From Candidatus Cloacimonadales bacterium (GTDB lineage: Bacteria > Cloacimonadota > Cloacimonadia > Cloacimonadales > JAIOQZ01), in NCBI GenBank assembly GCA_963665815.1, contig OY762463.1:704001-768000 (forward strand): 64,000 nt of DNA, written 5' to 3'. The position numbers and the translations under genes are program-made. This document shows, in pieces, positions 10,349 through 20,984 of the stretch. Below the pieces are notes generated by a model. It saw only the letters and a list, made by a program, of their open reading frames with translations, did not search any database and was not told where the DNA came from. Position 1 is the first letter of the stretch, and each line of letters starts with the position of its first letter.

Positions 10349-12331
10349 CTATTTCAGCAATACGCTCTTTGTGTGAAAAGTTCTCGTTTTCCCGCCTGTT
10401 CTAACATTAAATCGATATAAATATACTCCGGAAGAAACAGACTTATCTCTGCTATCCTTAAAATTCCAGAAGAAATTGTATTTTTTCCCCTTCTCAGAAT
10501 TTACGATTCTCTTTACTTTCTGACCTTTTATATTATAGATTTCCAATTCTGCTCCATCACATTGTTCCTTTATACTGAAAGAAATGTGTTGAGATCCATT
10601 TATTCCCGATGGATTCGGATATACTGATATATCAGGTATTGAAAGATCTACATCATTATCTTTTACAGATACACCTTCAAGAAGATAATCAAGAGTAGCG
10701 GAATCTATCAGAAATATCTGCTTAGTTTCTTCATGCTGAATCCAGTATACAAAATGCAGATCAGTAAGGATATCATCAAATTCATGATCATCTATAATAT
10801 CCAGATCATATCTGGAAAAATCTATTGCAAAGAAAGCTTCTGTAGAATCAGCCAGCCCTTGTAAATTCATTCCGTTAATAGGAGTGAGACTTTTAAGCAA
10901 AATCATACCGGGAATTATGTCATCGGAAGAAGCTATCAATGGTACGTTCGTCTGAAAAATCCCAGCATGAAAAGCACAGTCCCCATAATATTGACTGAAA
11001 AGATATGTGTCTTCTATTTGCTGTACGTAAGTATCAATATATATGTTTTCACTTGCATCCATACCGACCATATATCCACTGCTCTGAAGAAATGTTTTGT
11101 CTGAAGCAATACTGTTTGTCGCTGCATAGTACGTATCTGCAAACTCATTTTCGTCCGAATATCCTGTGAGTTTGTTGTAACCCTGAACAACAATATTCGG
11201 TAGACCAAAGTTGTTGTAGAAACTACTTCTTGTTCCCGAAGAAGTTCTGAAAAATCTTAAATCGGATTGCTCCGGAAAATAATTAAGAATAAAGAAATCA
11301 GGAGTAAATATTTCTTCGTTAGTCATTATTGAACTGAAGTAATTAGCATCAGAATCAACAAAATTTTCCACAACTTTATTATCTAAAGGAGTAAGAAACA
11401 CATTGATTTCTGTACTTAAAGCATTGTTCGTCAGTATATCGTCATGTGATGATGTCAGGTTTGCCAAAATATCGTATTGTGCTGAAATAGATGGTAACAG
11501 AAAAGAATCATCAAATGAAGCTGTGTCAGATTTTGTCTCATATGGATCAAGATGTAAATCTGTAAGTGCCAGAGGAATACTGCTGAGTCCAGAAGAAGGA
11601 GGTGGAGTCAGTGAATAGTTGATATTGATATCATTCACTGTATAAGAATTGTTGTTCCTTATTGTATAATATGCTTGAACTTCTCCATCCGGATAAACAC
11701 GTCCGGTAATTCCAAAGTCAATTAAAGCTATATCATTGCTTGAAGCAAAAGTATAATGCCCCTGAAGACCTACAAGAAAATCTGAACTTAAGCCACTTCC
11801 AGCATTATTCCTGAAATAACCTTCCGTCTCAGAAAGTGCTTCCCAGTAGAAGCACCTGGAACCATCTCCGTTATTAGCTGACATATAAGGACTGTCTTCA
11901 TCTGTTTCATAATCAATTACAAGCCATAAGTCTGGAAGAGCTTCAACATCACCATCAAAATTGAAATCATACCAGTCAGATGCATCTCCATCCTGGAATG
12001 TATGGTTGCATGATGTTAAAAGACTATCGTCATCAATTATTGTTTTGTATAGCCTGAATGAAATAGTACCTGACGGATTGAACAGGTAAATCGACACTCC
12101 TTCTGCATCAAACATAGCTGAATCATTTACAGAATAAAAGTCACTGCTTACAAAATGCACTGCCCATCTGTTAGTTCCGTACCAGTGCTGTTCATCAATA
12201 CCGTTATGGTATGCCATTACCCCTGAATTTCTTTCAGGAAAAGTATTAACCGGATTATCTAACTCAATAACATTAACTCCGTATAATCCGGAAAACAAAA
12301 CAATTACTATTAAAGCTATATATGCCTTCAT
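10349..12331 (-). CDS. Secreted acidic protein with C-terminal FlgD-Ig/T9SS-like sorting domain (central Omp28-like region possible)
   Basis: Signal peptide MKAYIALIVIVLFSGLYG from ATG 12331; C-terminus YPNP...IYNIKGQKVK...W...D......SSGVYLY. Confidence 0.75.
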   Translation of the reverse strand: MKAYIALIVIVLFSGLYGVNVIELDNPVNTFPERNSGVMAYHNGIDEQHWYGTNRWAVHFVSSDFYSVNDSAMFDAEGVSIYLFNPSGTISFRLYKTIIDDDSLLTSCNHTFQDGDASDWYDFNFDGDVEALPDLWLVIDYETDEDSPYMSANNGDGSRCFYWEALSETEGYFRNNAGSGLSSDFLVGLQGHYTFASSNDIALIDFGITGRVYPDGEVQAYYTIRNNNSYTVNDININYSLTPPPSSGLSSIPLALTDLHLDPYETKSDTASFDDSFLLPSISAQYDILANLTSSHDDILTNNALSTEINVFLTPLDNKVVENFVDSDANYFSSIMTNEEIFTPDFFILNYFPEQSDLRFFRTSSGTRSSFYNNFGLPNIVVQGYNKLTGYSDENEFADTYYAATNSIASDKTFLQSSGYMVGMDASENIYIDTYVQQIEDTYLFSQYYGDCAFHAGIFQTNVPLIASSDDIIPGMILLKSLTPINGMNLQGLADSTEAFFAIDFSRYDLDIIDDHEFDDILTDLHFVYWIQHEETKQIFLIDSATLDYLLEGVSVKDNDVDLSIPDISVYPNPSGINGSQHISFSIKEQCDGAELEIYNIKGQKVKRIVNSEKGKKYNFFWNFKDSRDKSVSSGVYLYRFNVRTGGKTRTFHTKSVLLK

Positions 12332-12565
12332 GTTTATGACCTGTCCTCTATTTTTATATCTCTTCATAGTGTAATATGAATAACTCATGAAATAGGTTTC
12401 AAATATGCAAAGAGATATTTATAATAGTCAATTTCAGAAAAAAACAAAACATGTAAAGAATTAAATCAATAAAAATGGATCATACACCTTTTCTCAGCTT
12501 CTCTTACTACAGGAGAAGAAAGTCTTTATCGCTTGACATTTAGCTTTGTGAAATTTTCCTGACTC

Positions 12566-12665
12566 TGTCTTCGAGCTTATGTATCTACGGCAATCCCGCT
12601 ATGAGACATAAGCCGATAGGGTTTATCCGGAAACAGATGAGCCTCCCGTGTTTGGAAAGAAGATG
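12566..12665 (+). promoter_or_regulatory. Moco/tungsten-cofactor riboswitch-like RNA (Moco RNA motif), P3-less form
   Basis: P1 TGTCTTC(12566-72)/GAAGATG(12659-65); P2 GCTTATGT(12575-82)/ACATAAGC(12606-13); P4 GGGTTTATC(12619-27)/GATGAGCCT(12636-44) with GAAA loop. The 3' signature GCCTCCCGTGTTTGGAAAG matches the E. coli moaA leader GCCTCCCGTATTTGGAAAG as recalled. Confidence 0.85.
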
Positions 12666-12847
12666 TAAGATGAATATAATAAAATATACCCACCATTTAT
12701 GAATATCTATTCATATCCACGGGGTTTTTACGCCATTTTTCCATCCATCCTACCGGAAAATTGATGAGAAACCTGAAATCAACTCTTAGCAATTTTCCTT
12801 CTTGAATATTATAAAAACACTGACTACAAAATACAATGGAGGAAACA

Positions 12848-14383
12848 ATGAACGACTTTCTCAAAGATTTGGGAATTAGGAACGTAAACTACGGAGCAAC
12901 TACAGGCTCTACCAATGGCTGGCTTAAAACAAGTGGAAGTGAATTGATATCATATTCACCAATTGACGGAAAACCTATTGCGGCAATAATCCAGGCTACC
13001 GAAGATGATTACGAAAAAGTAATGATTAAGGCAGTGAAAGCTTTCAAGAAGTGGAGAATGATGCCGGCACCACATAGAGGTGAGATTGTTCGGGAAATAG
13101 GTGAACAGCTCAGAAAATACAAAGAACCATTAGGTAAACTTATAACTCTTGAAATGGGTAAAATCGTCAATGAAGGTATAGGTGAGGTACAGGAAATGAT
13201 TGATATTGCAGATTTTGCCGTTGGGCTATCCAGACAGCTCTATGGAAACACCATGCACAGTGAAAGACCATATCACAGAATGTATGAACAATGGCATCCT
13301 CTTGGAGTAGTAGGAGTTATTACAGCTTTCAACTTCCCGGCTGCTGTCTGGTCATGGAATTGTCTTATTGCCGCTGTATGCGGAGATGTTAACCTGCTTA
13401 AGCCTTCTTCCAAAACTCCACTCACAGCTATTGCGATACACAATATCATAGCTCCGGTTGTGGACAAATATGGAATTGATGGAGTATTCAATCTGGTGAT
13501 TGGAAAAGGTAGTGTTATCGGCGAAAAAATCAACAACGACAGAAGAATTCCACTTGTCAGCGCAACGGGTAGCTGTAATATGGGAAGAAGAATCGGTCAG
13601 GCTGTAGCAAAGAGACTAGGTAGAACTATCCTTGAACTTGGCGGTAACAATGCAGTAATTGTTAGCGGGGATGCAGATATTAAAATGGCTGTGAGAGCTG
13701 TTCTGTTCGGTGCCGTTGGTACTGCAGGACAAAGGTGCACATCAACCAGAAGGATTATTCTTCATGAATCGCTGAAAGAAGAATTTCTGGAAAGACTCAT
13801 CAATGGGTACAAACAGATTAGAATAGGTAATCCACTTGAGGAAAACACACTTATGGGTCCACTTGTTGATGAATCGGCAGTTAATGATATGATGAATGCA
13901 ATCAAGAATATCAAAAAAGAAGGAGGGGATATTATTTATGGAGGTGGAAAATACAAGCTTAAAGGCTATGAAAAAGGAAGTTATGTTGAACCGACAATAG
14001 TCATAGCTGATAAAGATTTACCTATGATGAAAGAAGAGACTTTCGCTCCGATTCTATATATAACTACATTCAGGGATTTCAACGAAGCAATTGCAATCCA
14101 GAATAGTGTTGATCAGGGACTCTCATCATCAGTATTTACAACAAACATGAGATCTATGGAGCAGTTTCTCTCTCACGAAGGCTCTGACTGCGGTATAGCT
14201 AATGTAAACCTCGGAACAAACGGAGCTGAGATTGGTGGAGCATTTGGAGGAGAAAAAGATACTGGTGGAGGAAGAGAAGCCGGATCTGACTCGTGGAAAG
14301 CATACATGCGCAGACAGACAAACACTATTAACTGGGGTACAGCTTTACCGCTAGCACAGGGAATAAATTTCATAATAGACTAA
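12848..14383 (+). CDS. NAD-dependent aldehyde dehydrogenase, family 7 (antiquitin/aminoadipate-semialdehyde dehydrogenase-like)
   Basis: PAPHRGEIVR, GLSRQLYG..MHSERP.HRMYEQWHPLG, ITAFNFP, LELGGNNA, GTAGQRCT, EETFAPILY, GAEIGGAFGGEKDTGGGREAGSDSWK.YMRRQTNTIN. GGAGGA RBS before ATG 12848. Confidence 0.93.
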   Translation: MNDFLKDLGIRNVNYGATTGSTNGWLKTSGSELISYSPIDGKPIAAIIQATEDDYEKVMIKAVKAFKKWRMMPAPHRGEIVREIGEQLRKYKEPLGKLITLEMGKIVNEGIGEVQEMIDIADFAVGLSRQLYGNTMHSERPYHRMYEQWHPLGVVGVITAFNFPAAVWSWNCLIAAVCGDVNLLKPSSKTPLTAIAIHNIIAPVVDKYGIDGVFNLVIGKGSVIGEKINNDRRIPLVSATGSCNMGRRIGQAVAKRLGRTILELGGNNAVIVSGDADIKMAVRAVLFGAVGTAGQRCTSTRRIILHESLKEEFLERLINGYKQIRIGNPLEENTLMGPLVDESAVNDMMNAIKNIKKEGGDIIYGGGKYKLKGYEKGSYVEPTIVIADKDLPMMKEETFAPILYITTFRDFNEAIAIQNSVDQGLSSSVFTTNMRSMEQFLSHEGSDCGIANVNLGTNGAEIGGAFGGEKDTGGGREAGSDSWKAYMRRQTNTINWGTALPLAQGINFIID

Positions 14384-14389
14384 TAGATA

Positions 14390-14423
14390 AAAAACAGGCT
14401 GTCATTGCTGATAGCCTGTTTTT
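14390..14423. terminator. Bidirectional intrinsic terminator between convergent ALDH and polysaccharide operon
   Basis: AAAAACAGGCTGTCA-TTGC-TGATAGCCTGTTTTT. Confidence 0.85.
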
Positions 14424-14446
14424 CAAATTTTGAGGGTGAATCCAAA

Positions 14447-16231
14447 CTACTTGTAATGCAGTTTCAATATGTCACCATGATTAACTTCTGAAAGAGTAAC
14501 AATATATTTATCTTCAACCTTTTTTATAGAATATCCACTTTTGAACACAATTTTTTCTGGTTTGTTGTCCAGAGTGAAACTCAGGTTTTTTATTTTTCGT
14601 CTTTTAGTCTGACTGAATGAGATTTCTGAACTTCTTTTTTCATCCTTAATAATTACGGTTAAATCAAAGAGCTGATTCCATCGTTGTGATATCATTTTTA
14701 GATTTGCAATCCAGCTACCATCATTTTCTGCTCTATCAACTGCATTTTCTAGTACCTTCAAGGTTTTATCATTGTATCCGGAATATGCAGGATGTGCAAT
14801 AATTGTCATCAGTCCTTTATTCGGTCTAATAGCTCTATTCCAGAGACTTTTGAGATAAGTATCATATTTTGAAATATCTGAATCAAGTTTACTGCCTGTA
14901 TTACTGTTAGAATCAAGTGCTTTCAAATAATACCAGTCATCATGTAAATTCTGAGAAATCTCAAGTAAATCCAGTGAAAGATAGTATTTTTCATGAAAAA
15001 CAGGAACATTATAAGGATATACAGATCCTCGATAGTATTCAATGTGATTGACTCCAATACTTGAATCATACATATAGCCCATTTCCTGAAGAGCAAGCAT
15101 TCCGAAAAAACTGTTATTTGTGTTTGGAAATCTAAAGCCATCCGGGTGAATATCCATCTTGCTTTCAGAGGTCAGAAGTTCACTCATAGTTCCAGCATAA
15201 TTCAGTGTTCTGTAATCAACTCTGTTTCGAGAGTTTGATGCAATCTCAAGTAAGTCATTACTTCTGATTACCTTGACGATTTCTTTATCTATTTCAGCAT
15301 TTAAAAAAAAAGTAGCAGGCAGTTTTCTTTTTTTCAGAAATCTTAGTACTCTACTATACTGTTGCTGATTACCATTTGCATTAAAGCTTAAACACAAAGC
15401 AGATTCTGCACCTTTTTCCCAAACATTCATTCTGAGTTTATGATAGTTTTCACCTACAGCAAGGTCATAAATAAACTCATAGAAATTTGCTATTTCTTTA
15501 GAATTCGAGAATCCATTATCAATCGCTGGGTGGATCATACTGAAATTACCAAGCAGTACTGCTTTCCCTTGATGAAAGCTGTTAACTGTTAATGCAGGAT
15601 AAACGCTTTCCTCTTTTTTCCATTCAGCAATCGTACTCATTTTTGATGAAATCCTTTTAGTAATTACAGGTGTCCATTCATCTTTAGAAAAAGCTTCAAC
15701 TATCTCACCTTTCCAGATACCCTGCCCAATAATTGAATACCCCTTCATATTGAGTTCCTTAAGCTCTACACCAAAGCACTCAGACATCAACCAATTGCTT
15801 TTGCTGAACTTTCCCTCTGCATCGATTCTATCTTGCCCGTCCAGTTTATTTCTTCCAATATACACATCACTAACAAGCGTACCACCATTCTTAACCCAGT
15901 TCAGTAAATTCTGCATTTCAAAATCACTCAGATAAGAAAGCGAATACTGTCTGTCCCCATCATGGTAACCGTATGTAGTTGGAGCGATTATTATTGAGTA
16001 TTGCTGCATTTCCGAAGCATTATGCAGAATTTTACGATTTTCAATTCTCACAACTGATCCCAGTTTTGCAAATACTTCATTTGCAATAACCAGTCCATCT
16101 GATATTGTGCCACGACCATCTCCATCTCCTGTAGACAAGAACAGCACTTTGGGTAATTGGTACTCCAGTGTGGTTAAATTACTCAGAATGAGGAGTGCAA
16201 AAACTATAAATAAAACTCTCTGATTTTTCAT
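14447..16231 (-). CDS. Secreted protein: N-terminal GATase-like/trimerisation domain + degenerate NodB/CE4 polysaccharide deacetylase domain
   Basis: Signal peptide; LLNWVKNGGTLV..GKAVL (GATase-like fold); LSFNA, ATFFL, EIASNS, GFRFP, YDSS, AHP. The CE4 DD and HxxxH residues appear replaced. Confidence 0.65.
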   Translation of the reverse strand: MKNQRVLFIVFALLILSNLTTLEYQLPKVLFLSTGDGDGRGTISDGLVIANEVFAKLGSVVRIENRKILHNASEMQQYSIIIAPTTYGYHDGDRQYSLSYLSDFEMQNLLNWVKNGGTLVSDVYIGRNKLDGQDRIDAEGKFSKSNWLMSECFGVELKELNMKGYSIIGQGIWKGEIVEAFSKDEWTPVITKRISSKMSTIAEWKKEESVYPALTVNSFHQGKAVLLGNFSMIHPAIDNGFSNSKEIANFYEFIYDLAVGENYHKLRMNVWEKGAESALCLSFNANGNQQQYSRVLRFLKKRKLPATFFLNAEIDKEIVKVIRSNDLLEIASNSRNRVDYRTLNYAGTMSELLTSESKMDIHPDGFRFPNTNNSFFGMLALQEMGYMYDSSIGVNHIEYYRGSVYPYNVPVFHEKYYLSLDLLEISQNLHDDWYYLKALDSNSNTGSKLDSDISKYDTYLKSLWNRAIRPNKGLMTIIAHPAYSGYNDKTLKVLENAVDRAENDGSWIANLKMISQRWNQLFDLTVIIKDEKRSSEISFSQTKRRKIKNLSFTLDNKPEKIVFKSGYSIKKVEDKYIVTLSEVNHGDILKLHYK

Positions 16232-19200
16232 TTTATCCTCTCGATTATAATTTTCTTGTTAACAGCAGCAGAAAAAACAATCTCATTATTTCGAACATTA
16301 TAAACTCCATCACTGCTGCTGTTTGATACTTTTACAATTTTCCAGTCTGTCTTGAATGTTACAGATAAAGGTTGATCATATACTAAAGGATTAAGTTCAG
16401 AATACAATTCCACAATATATGAGTTGAAACCATTTTGAGTTTTAACTGTTGTGTTTTCCCTTTCAATAATGTATTTTCCTACTGCTGAGACAGGAGCAAT
16501 CCAGTAATCAGAATTTCTTATTAACCTAATTTGATTGTCAAAAACTCTTGGAGTTACTGAATACCGGTTATATACATTATGATAATCAAAAAGATGCATT
16601 TCTTTTGAATTCTCTGGGAAAATGTGATGATACATAAAAACAGTCCATTCACCATAATTATCTTCAATAATTTTTTGAATTTCAATTTGTGATGGATCTT
16701 TATCATTAAGAATTGTTTTACTGTTAAGATGAAGAAGGTTCTCAATGCAATTATTCTGCGAGTTGTCTCCAATTCTTCCAAACATGAATCCGCTTCTTTC
16801 AGCCGCAGAATAAATCTTTTCATCTGCAAAAGAATATGGGTATTGAATTGTATATACCTGGTCTCCAATTTTACTCTCAATCAAGTCCTTATTTTTTTTT
16901 AATTGAAAAACGATATCCTCTATTTTTTTATTCTTATCAATTCTCTTATGTAGATAACCATGGGAACTAATTTCATTTCCATATTCATGCAATTTTCTTA
17001 TCTGCTCCCAACCCATTCTTTCAATTCCAAATCCACCATCTTCAGTGGTTGTATGAGGACTTTCTGCAACCCATTCACCAACAACACCAAACGTACCGGT
17101 GATATGATATTTTTTTAGTGTCTCAAAGGCAAACTCGTACTGTCCCATTCCGGTATCATCGAATGTAACTGAAATTGCTCCTTTCTTATTTTCATACCAC
17201 TTTGCTATTTCAAACTCTTCCGTAACAGACTCTGAGTAAATGGTTTCATTGGGTTTCAGGCTGGCAAAAAGCGTTTTCAGAGTATCATATTGTGCTTTTT
17301 TCCTGACTTCATATTCAGGAATATCCCACTTGCTCCAGATATATTTGTAACTCTTTTCGTTTTCGGGAACAGTATATAATACATTGTTCTTATTATCTGT
17401 TATGTACGTATATATCTTGAAATTTTCAATCTCTGTAGTTTCGATATCCGGTGTATCAGGTTTATCATCCAGAACCTGCAGAGATGACGGATCAGAAACA
17501 TTAAGCAAATGCCATGGTAATCTTATTTCCAAAATACCTGTTTCATCGCTATAGTACCAATCGGCATTAGAGTTTTCATCCACGTTTCCACAAACCAGTT
17601 TACTCCGATTATGAATTTTCTGAGGAAACTTCTCACCAAGCAATGTTTCCCTTGCTCTGTTCGAGATAAGCTCTTGTGGAACAAATCTACCGTCGCTGTT
17701 TGACATAGATCTGTATACCGGAACATAGTCATTGTAAATATCTGAAAACACAGAATACTCATCATCTATCAAAACATAGGCAGAATCTCTGGAAGAAAGT
17801 TCAAGTAAAAATTCGATTCCTGTGGGGGCATCCTTTTTCAGCATTGCAAGATTGTGTTCACCTTTATTTTCATCATAAGTATCAATTGCAATTAATAGAT
17901 TTTTTTCATCAAATCTGAAATCATCTAATTCATACTTCAGGTAAAAGTAACTTGGATCAGCATGAGCCTGAACATTCTTCTCATCAAACTTTGAAGGTTC
18001 CTGCCAGTCATTTTTTTGACCATCAGGAATTATTGTTCTATTTTCAACTGCCAGAACACCAAAATTCTGTTCCGGGTTTTCCTTATTATGCCAATACTTC
18101 CTTCTATGTTGAGGTTGTTCAAAATCCATAACCATCCAGTTAAATTTAAACCACTCATCAATCCATTCAAACATAATTGCTCCACCACAATCAGTTTCAT
18201 GAATATTCTCTGTTAAAATTTTGTTTATGTTTGCCTGTTCAATTTCATTATGACCACCCTGATCAAAACCATAAGGAGTATAATGACTATTTCCTCTGCT
18301 TGATGGAACCCCATATTCTGCAATTATCAAAGGGATATCAGGACAAAAATCCTTTAGATCTTTGAGATATGCTTTATAATTATTCTCATCATGACGATAC
18401 TTGATATCCAGATATACATAATCCGGATAATACGGATACGCATGATAAGCAGCATAAATTCCAGATTTAGCAAACTTGGTGTTATGAAATTTCTGAAAAT
18501 CTATAGATTCAAGATCATTATCATATTCCCGGACTTTATCATTTTCAATGAATTCTGAATTATGATGCATCGGATCAAGAGGTAACCAGTTTACAAAAGA
18601 AACCGGATGCTGTGACTTATATTTAAGTGTTTCATATTTATATGTATAATCCATCATTTCCGCCAGCCATGTTTCCATTGGTGTTCCTGAAGGTACACAG
18701 ACAAAATCCCCGGAAAAACTTTTTCTCCGGTTATTCTGGTTAGTATAAGTTACACTCCTGGGCTCCCACTCTCTCCCTAACAGAAAAGCGACAGTATACT
18801 TAGATACATCAGAAACATATGTCCCAGAGGCTTTGCCCTTTAAAGGCTCAAGAACACTATTCCCATGAATTACATCAATCACATCCTTTATCTCTTTTCG
18901 GAAATCATAAGAGTAATCTTCATTCATATAGTCATGTGAGTCCGGAACTGTAGCCCAGACACCCTGCATCAGATACAAAGGCTTGTCAGAATAGATAAGA
19001 TTATAATTCGCAAAAGCTTCGTAGAAAACAGGAGGTAAGATTGTGTAAACCCTGACTACATTGGAGTTCATTTCACCTATCTGGATAAACCAATTCATGT
19101 ATAAATCAAAATCCTGAGGAAATTCTGAAGGAAATTTTCCGGGTAGAGCAGCCCCTAAATTGACTCCCTTAAGAAATATTGACTCCCATTCATTTACGCC

Positions 19201-19440
19201 TTTAACATTCTTTTTGATCTGGAAATAATCCTTCTTTATACGGAAATCAGGAGATACTTTTTCTGCAGCAGCCGAAAGTATTTTGATATCAAACTCTGGT
19301 AAGAGTTCAACCCTGACTACTGTGCTGTCTACGACAATTATCTTCTCCTGACGAATTTTGTTCTCGACTTTCATCATGAAGTACAGAATTATTGAAATCA
19401 GGATTACAAGTATTGAAATTACAAAGTATTTTGATTTCAT
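16228..19440 (-). CDS. Membrane-anchored glycoside-hydrolase (TIM barrel) + C-terminal CE4 polysaccharide deacetylase fusion
   Basis: FLKGVNLG, NVVRVYTI, LGREWEP, YHAYPYYP, IAEYGVPSSRG, FEWIDEWFK (clan GH-A-like acid/nucleophile Glu); C-terminal ISVTFDD, EISSHGYLH, YPY, FMYH. Confidence 0.75.
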   Translation of the reverse strand: MKSKYFVISILVILISIILYFMMKVENKIRQEKIIVVDSTVVRVELLPEFDIKILSAAAEKVSPDFRIKKDYFQIKKNVKGVNEWESIFLKGVNLGAALPGKFPSEFPQDFDLYMNWFIQIGEMNSNVVRVYTILPPVFYEAFANYNLIYSDKPLYLMQGVWATVPDSHDYMNEDYSYDFRKEIKDVIDVIHGNSVLEPLKGKASGTYVSDVSKYTVAFLLGREWEPRSVTYTNQNNRRKSFSGDFVCVPSGTPMETWLAEMMDYTYKYETLKYKSQHPVSFVNWLPLDPMHHNSEFIENDKVREYDNDLESIDFQKFHNTKFAKSGIYAAYHAYPYYPDYVYLDIKYRHDENNYKAYLKDLKDFCPDIPLIIAEYGVPSSRGNSHYTPYGFDQGGHNEIEQANINKILTENIHETDCGGAIMFEWIDEWFKFNWMVMDFEQPQHRRKYWHNKENPEQNFGVLAVENRTIIPDGQKNDWQEPSKFDEKNVQAHADPSYFYLKYELDDFRFDEKNLLIAIDTYDENKGEHNLAMLKKDAPTGIEFLLELSSRDSAYVLIDDEYSVFSDIYNDYVPVYRSMSNSDGRFVPQELISNRARETLLGEKFPQKIHNRSKLVCGNVDENSNADWYYSDETGILEIRLPWHLLNVSDPSSLQVLDDKPDTPDIETTEIENFKIYTYITDNKNNVLYTVPENEKSYKYIWSKWDIPEYEVRKKAQYDTLKTLFASLKPNETIYSESVTEEFEIAKWYENKKGAISVTFDDTGMGQYEFAFETLKKYHITGTFGVVGEWVAESPHTTTEDGGFGIERMGWEQIRKLHEYGNEISSHGYLHKRIDKNKKIEDIVFQLKKNKDLIESKIGDQVYTIQYPYSFADEKIYSAAERSGFMFGRIGDNSQNNCIENLLHLNSKTILNDKDPSQIEIQKIIEDNYGEWTVFMYHHIFPENSKEMHLFDYHNVYNRYSVTPRVFDNQIRLIRNSDYWIAPVSAVGKYIIERENTTVKTQNGFNSYIVELYSELNPLVYDQPLSVTFKTDWKIVKVSNSSSDGVYNVRNNEIVFSAAVNKKIIIERIK

Positions 19441-20984
19441 TATAAACTTCCCCCGAATACTAATGAGATATTATCACTCTTGTAATAATCATTATTAAAC
19501 TTCGATATGGATAAAGCTATCGAAAACCCGGAGAAGTTCCAACCTATCTCGTAATCATAATTACTCTCATATTCATCGTTGTTATCTTTAAAGAAACCGA
19601 AATTTCCGTAAAGATAAACATCTCGATATTCATAGAATGCAGAAACTGAAGCTCCAAAAATCTCACGATTCGAAGGTGAATAGTAAAGTGATGAATCGTA
19701 CTTGTAATCCATAAATCTGTAGTTCCCATTCAATGTCAGCTTCGGGATATTCATAAACTTATATTTCAGATTGTAACTATAATTCACAAATGGATTCTCG
19801 ACTTTGGAATACTTATTCCATATCCAGTTTTTTAAGACTTTGCCTACTTCATAGTCTGCAGTAAAACTGAGTTTCTTCCAGTCTATCTGCAGATTGTCAT
19901 GCACATATTGTTTTCTGACTCTCTTCCAGAAATAAAAATACTTTTCTCCTGAACCGATCTTATTCACAAGTTTTATATTCTTAAATCTTTCTCTAAACTC
20001 CCAGTTCATTTCCGATACAGATATAGTAGAATCGTTGATTGATCCACCTAGAATGCAAGAAAATCTGTTATTCTTAAGCATCAAATCGGTAGTTATCAAA
20101 CTTGAGTCATAATATCTCTCCACGGTAATCCGGTTTTCCTTTTTTTGAGAGTACTGCCAGTTACTGTTCAGTTTTATTTGAATGAAATCGTTAACTCTTT
20201 TGCTTACTGAGTAATTATGTTGTATAAAAGATATCTCATAATCTTCTTCTTCCTCATTTCCGAAAGAAAACTTGAGAGAGTAATCCCATATAGTTTCCCT
20301 TTTAACTTTATTGATTTCATCTTTAATCTCAGTATTTGAGGGATCAAGCAATAAAGCCTTCTCATAAAATTCCAGTGCTTTCAAAGGTTTATTGCTCCAC
20401 CATAGCATTCTTCCTATTCCTGCATAAGCTTCTGAGTAAGTGTCATCAATATCAATAATTTGTCTGTATGTTAAGATTGCGGCGTCCAGATTATTATCAT
20501 AACTATATACCTTTGCAAGTTCAAAAAGTGCTGTAACATATCCTGGCAGATACTCAAGTGCTGAGTTATAATAGTAAACTGATTTACCAAATTCTTCTGT
20601 AGCGGAGAATACACGAGCTAATCCAAGATAAGCTTCTACATCAGTTTTGTCATTAGCCAAAATCATCTGAAAAAATTTTGTTGCTTCCTGAAACTGCTCT
20701 TTATCATAGTATAGTCTTCCTAATGCAAGTCGCGCATCATAATCATTGCTGTCGAATGAGTATACTGACTTATATGCGGCAATGGCATTATCCAGTTGAT
20801 TGTTCTGTTTGTATAGAAAGCCCAAGCTTCTCCACAATTCAATGTCATTGTTACCTGAACTTTTCATTAGAACAAAAGCCTCATCCAATTTCTGTTCTTT
20901 AAGCAAATTCAGCAGATTTTCAGTCGAACTGAGAAATGAAAACAGTAATACCAGAATAATCGTTGAGATCAATTTTTTCTGCAT
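19440..20984 (-). CDS. TPR-repeat protein with C-terminal outer-membrane beta-barrel (PgaA/NfrA/YaiO-like export porin)
   Basis: Signal peptide, about 6 TPR repeats (ARLALGRLYY, AYLGLARVF, ALFELAKVY, AYAGIGRML), alternating aromatic beta-strand C-half with YYSP motif. Confidence 0.65.
   Translation of the reverse strand: MQKKLISTIILVLLFSFLSSTENLLNLLKEQKLDEAFVLMKSSGNNDIELWRSLGFLYKQNNQLDNAIAAYKSVYSFDSNDYDARLALGRLYYDKEQFQEATKFFQMILANDKTDVEAYLGLARVFSATEEFGKSVYYYNSALEYLPGYVTALFELAKVYSYDNNLDAAILTYRQIIDIDDTYSEAYAGIGRMLWWSNKPLKALEFYEKALLLDPSNTEIKDEINKVKRETIWDYSLKFSFGNEEEEDYEISFIQHNYSVSKRVNDFIQIKLNSNWQYSQKKENRITVERYYDSSLITTDLMLKNNRFSCILGGSINDSTISVSEMNWEFRERFKNIKLVNKIGSGEKYFYFWKRVRKQYVHDNLQIDWKKLSFTADYEVGKVLKNWIWNKYSKVENPFVNYSYNLKYKFMNIPKLTLNGNYRFMDYKYDSSLYYSPSNREIFGASVSAFYEYRDVYLYGNFGFFKDNNDEYESNYDYEIGWNFSGFSIALSISKFNNDYYKSDNISLVFGGSL

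Noticed and set aside
12663-12764. Tiny ORFs between the Moco motif and ALDH (ATGTAA, MNIIKYTHHL, MNIYSYPRGFYAIFPSILPEN)
   Set aside because: Weak or absent RBS and no conservation evidence; could be leader peptides but cannot be supported.
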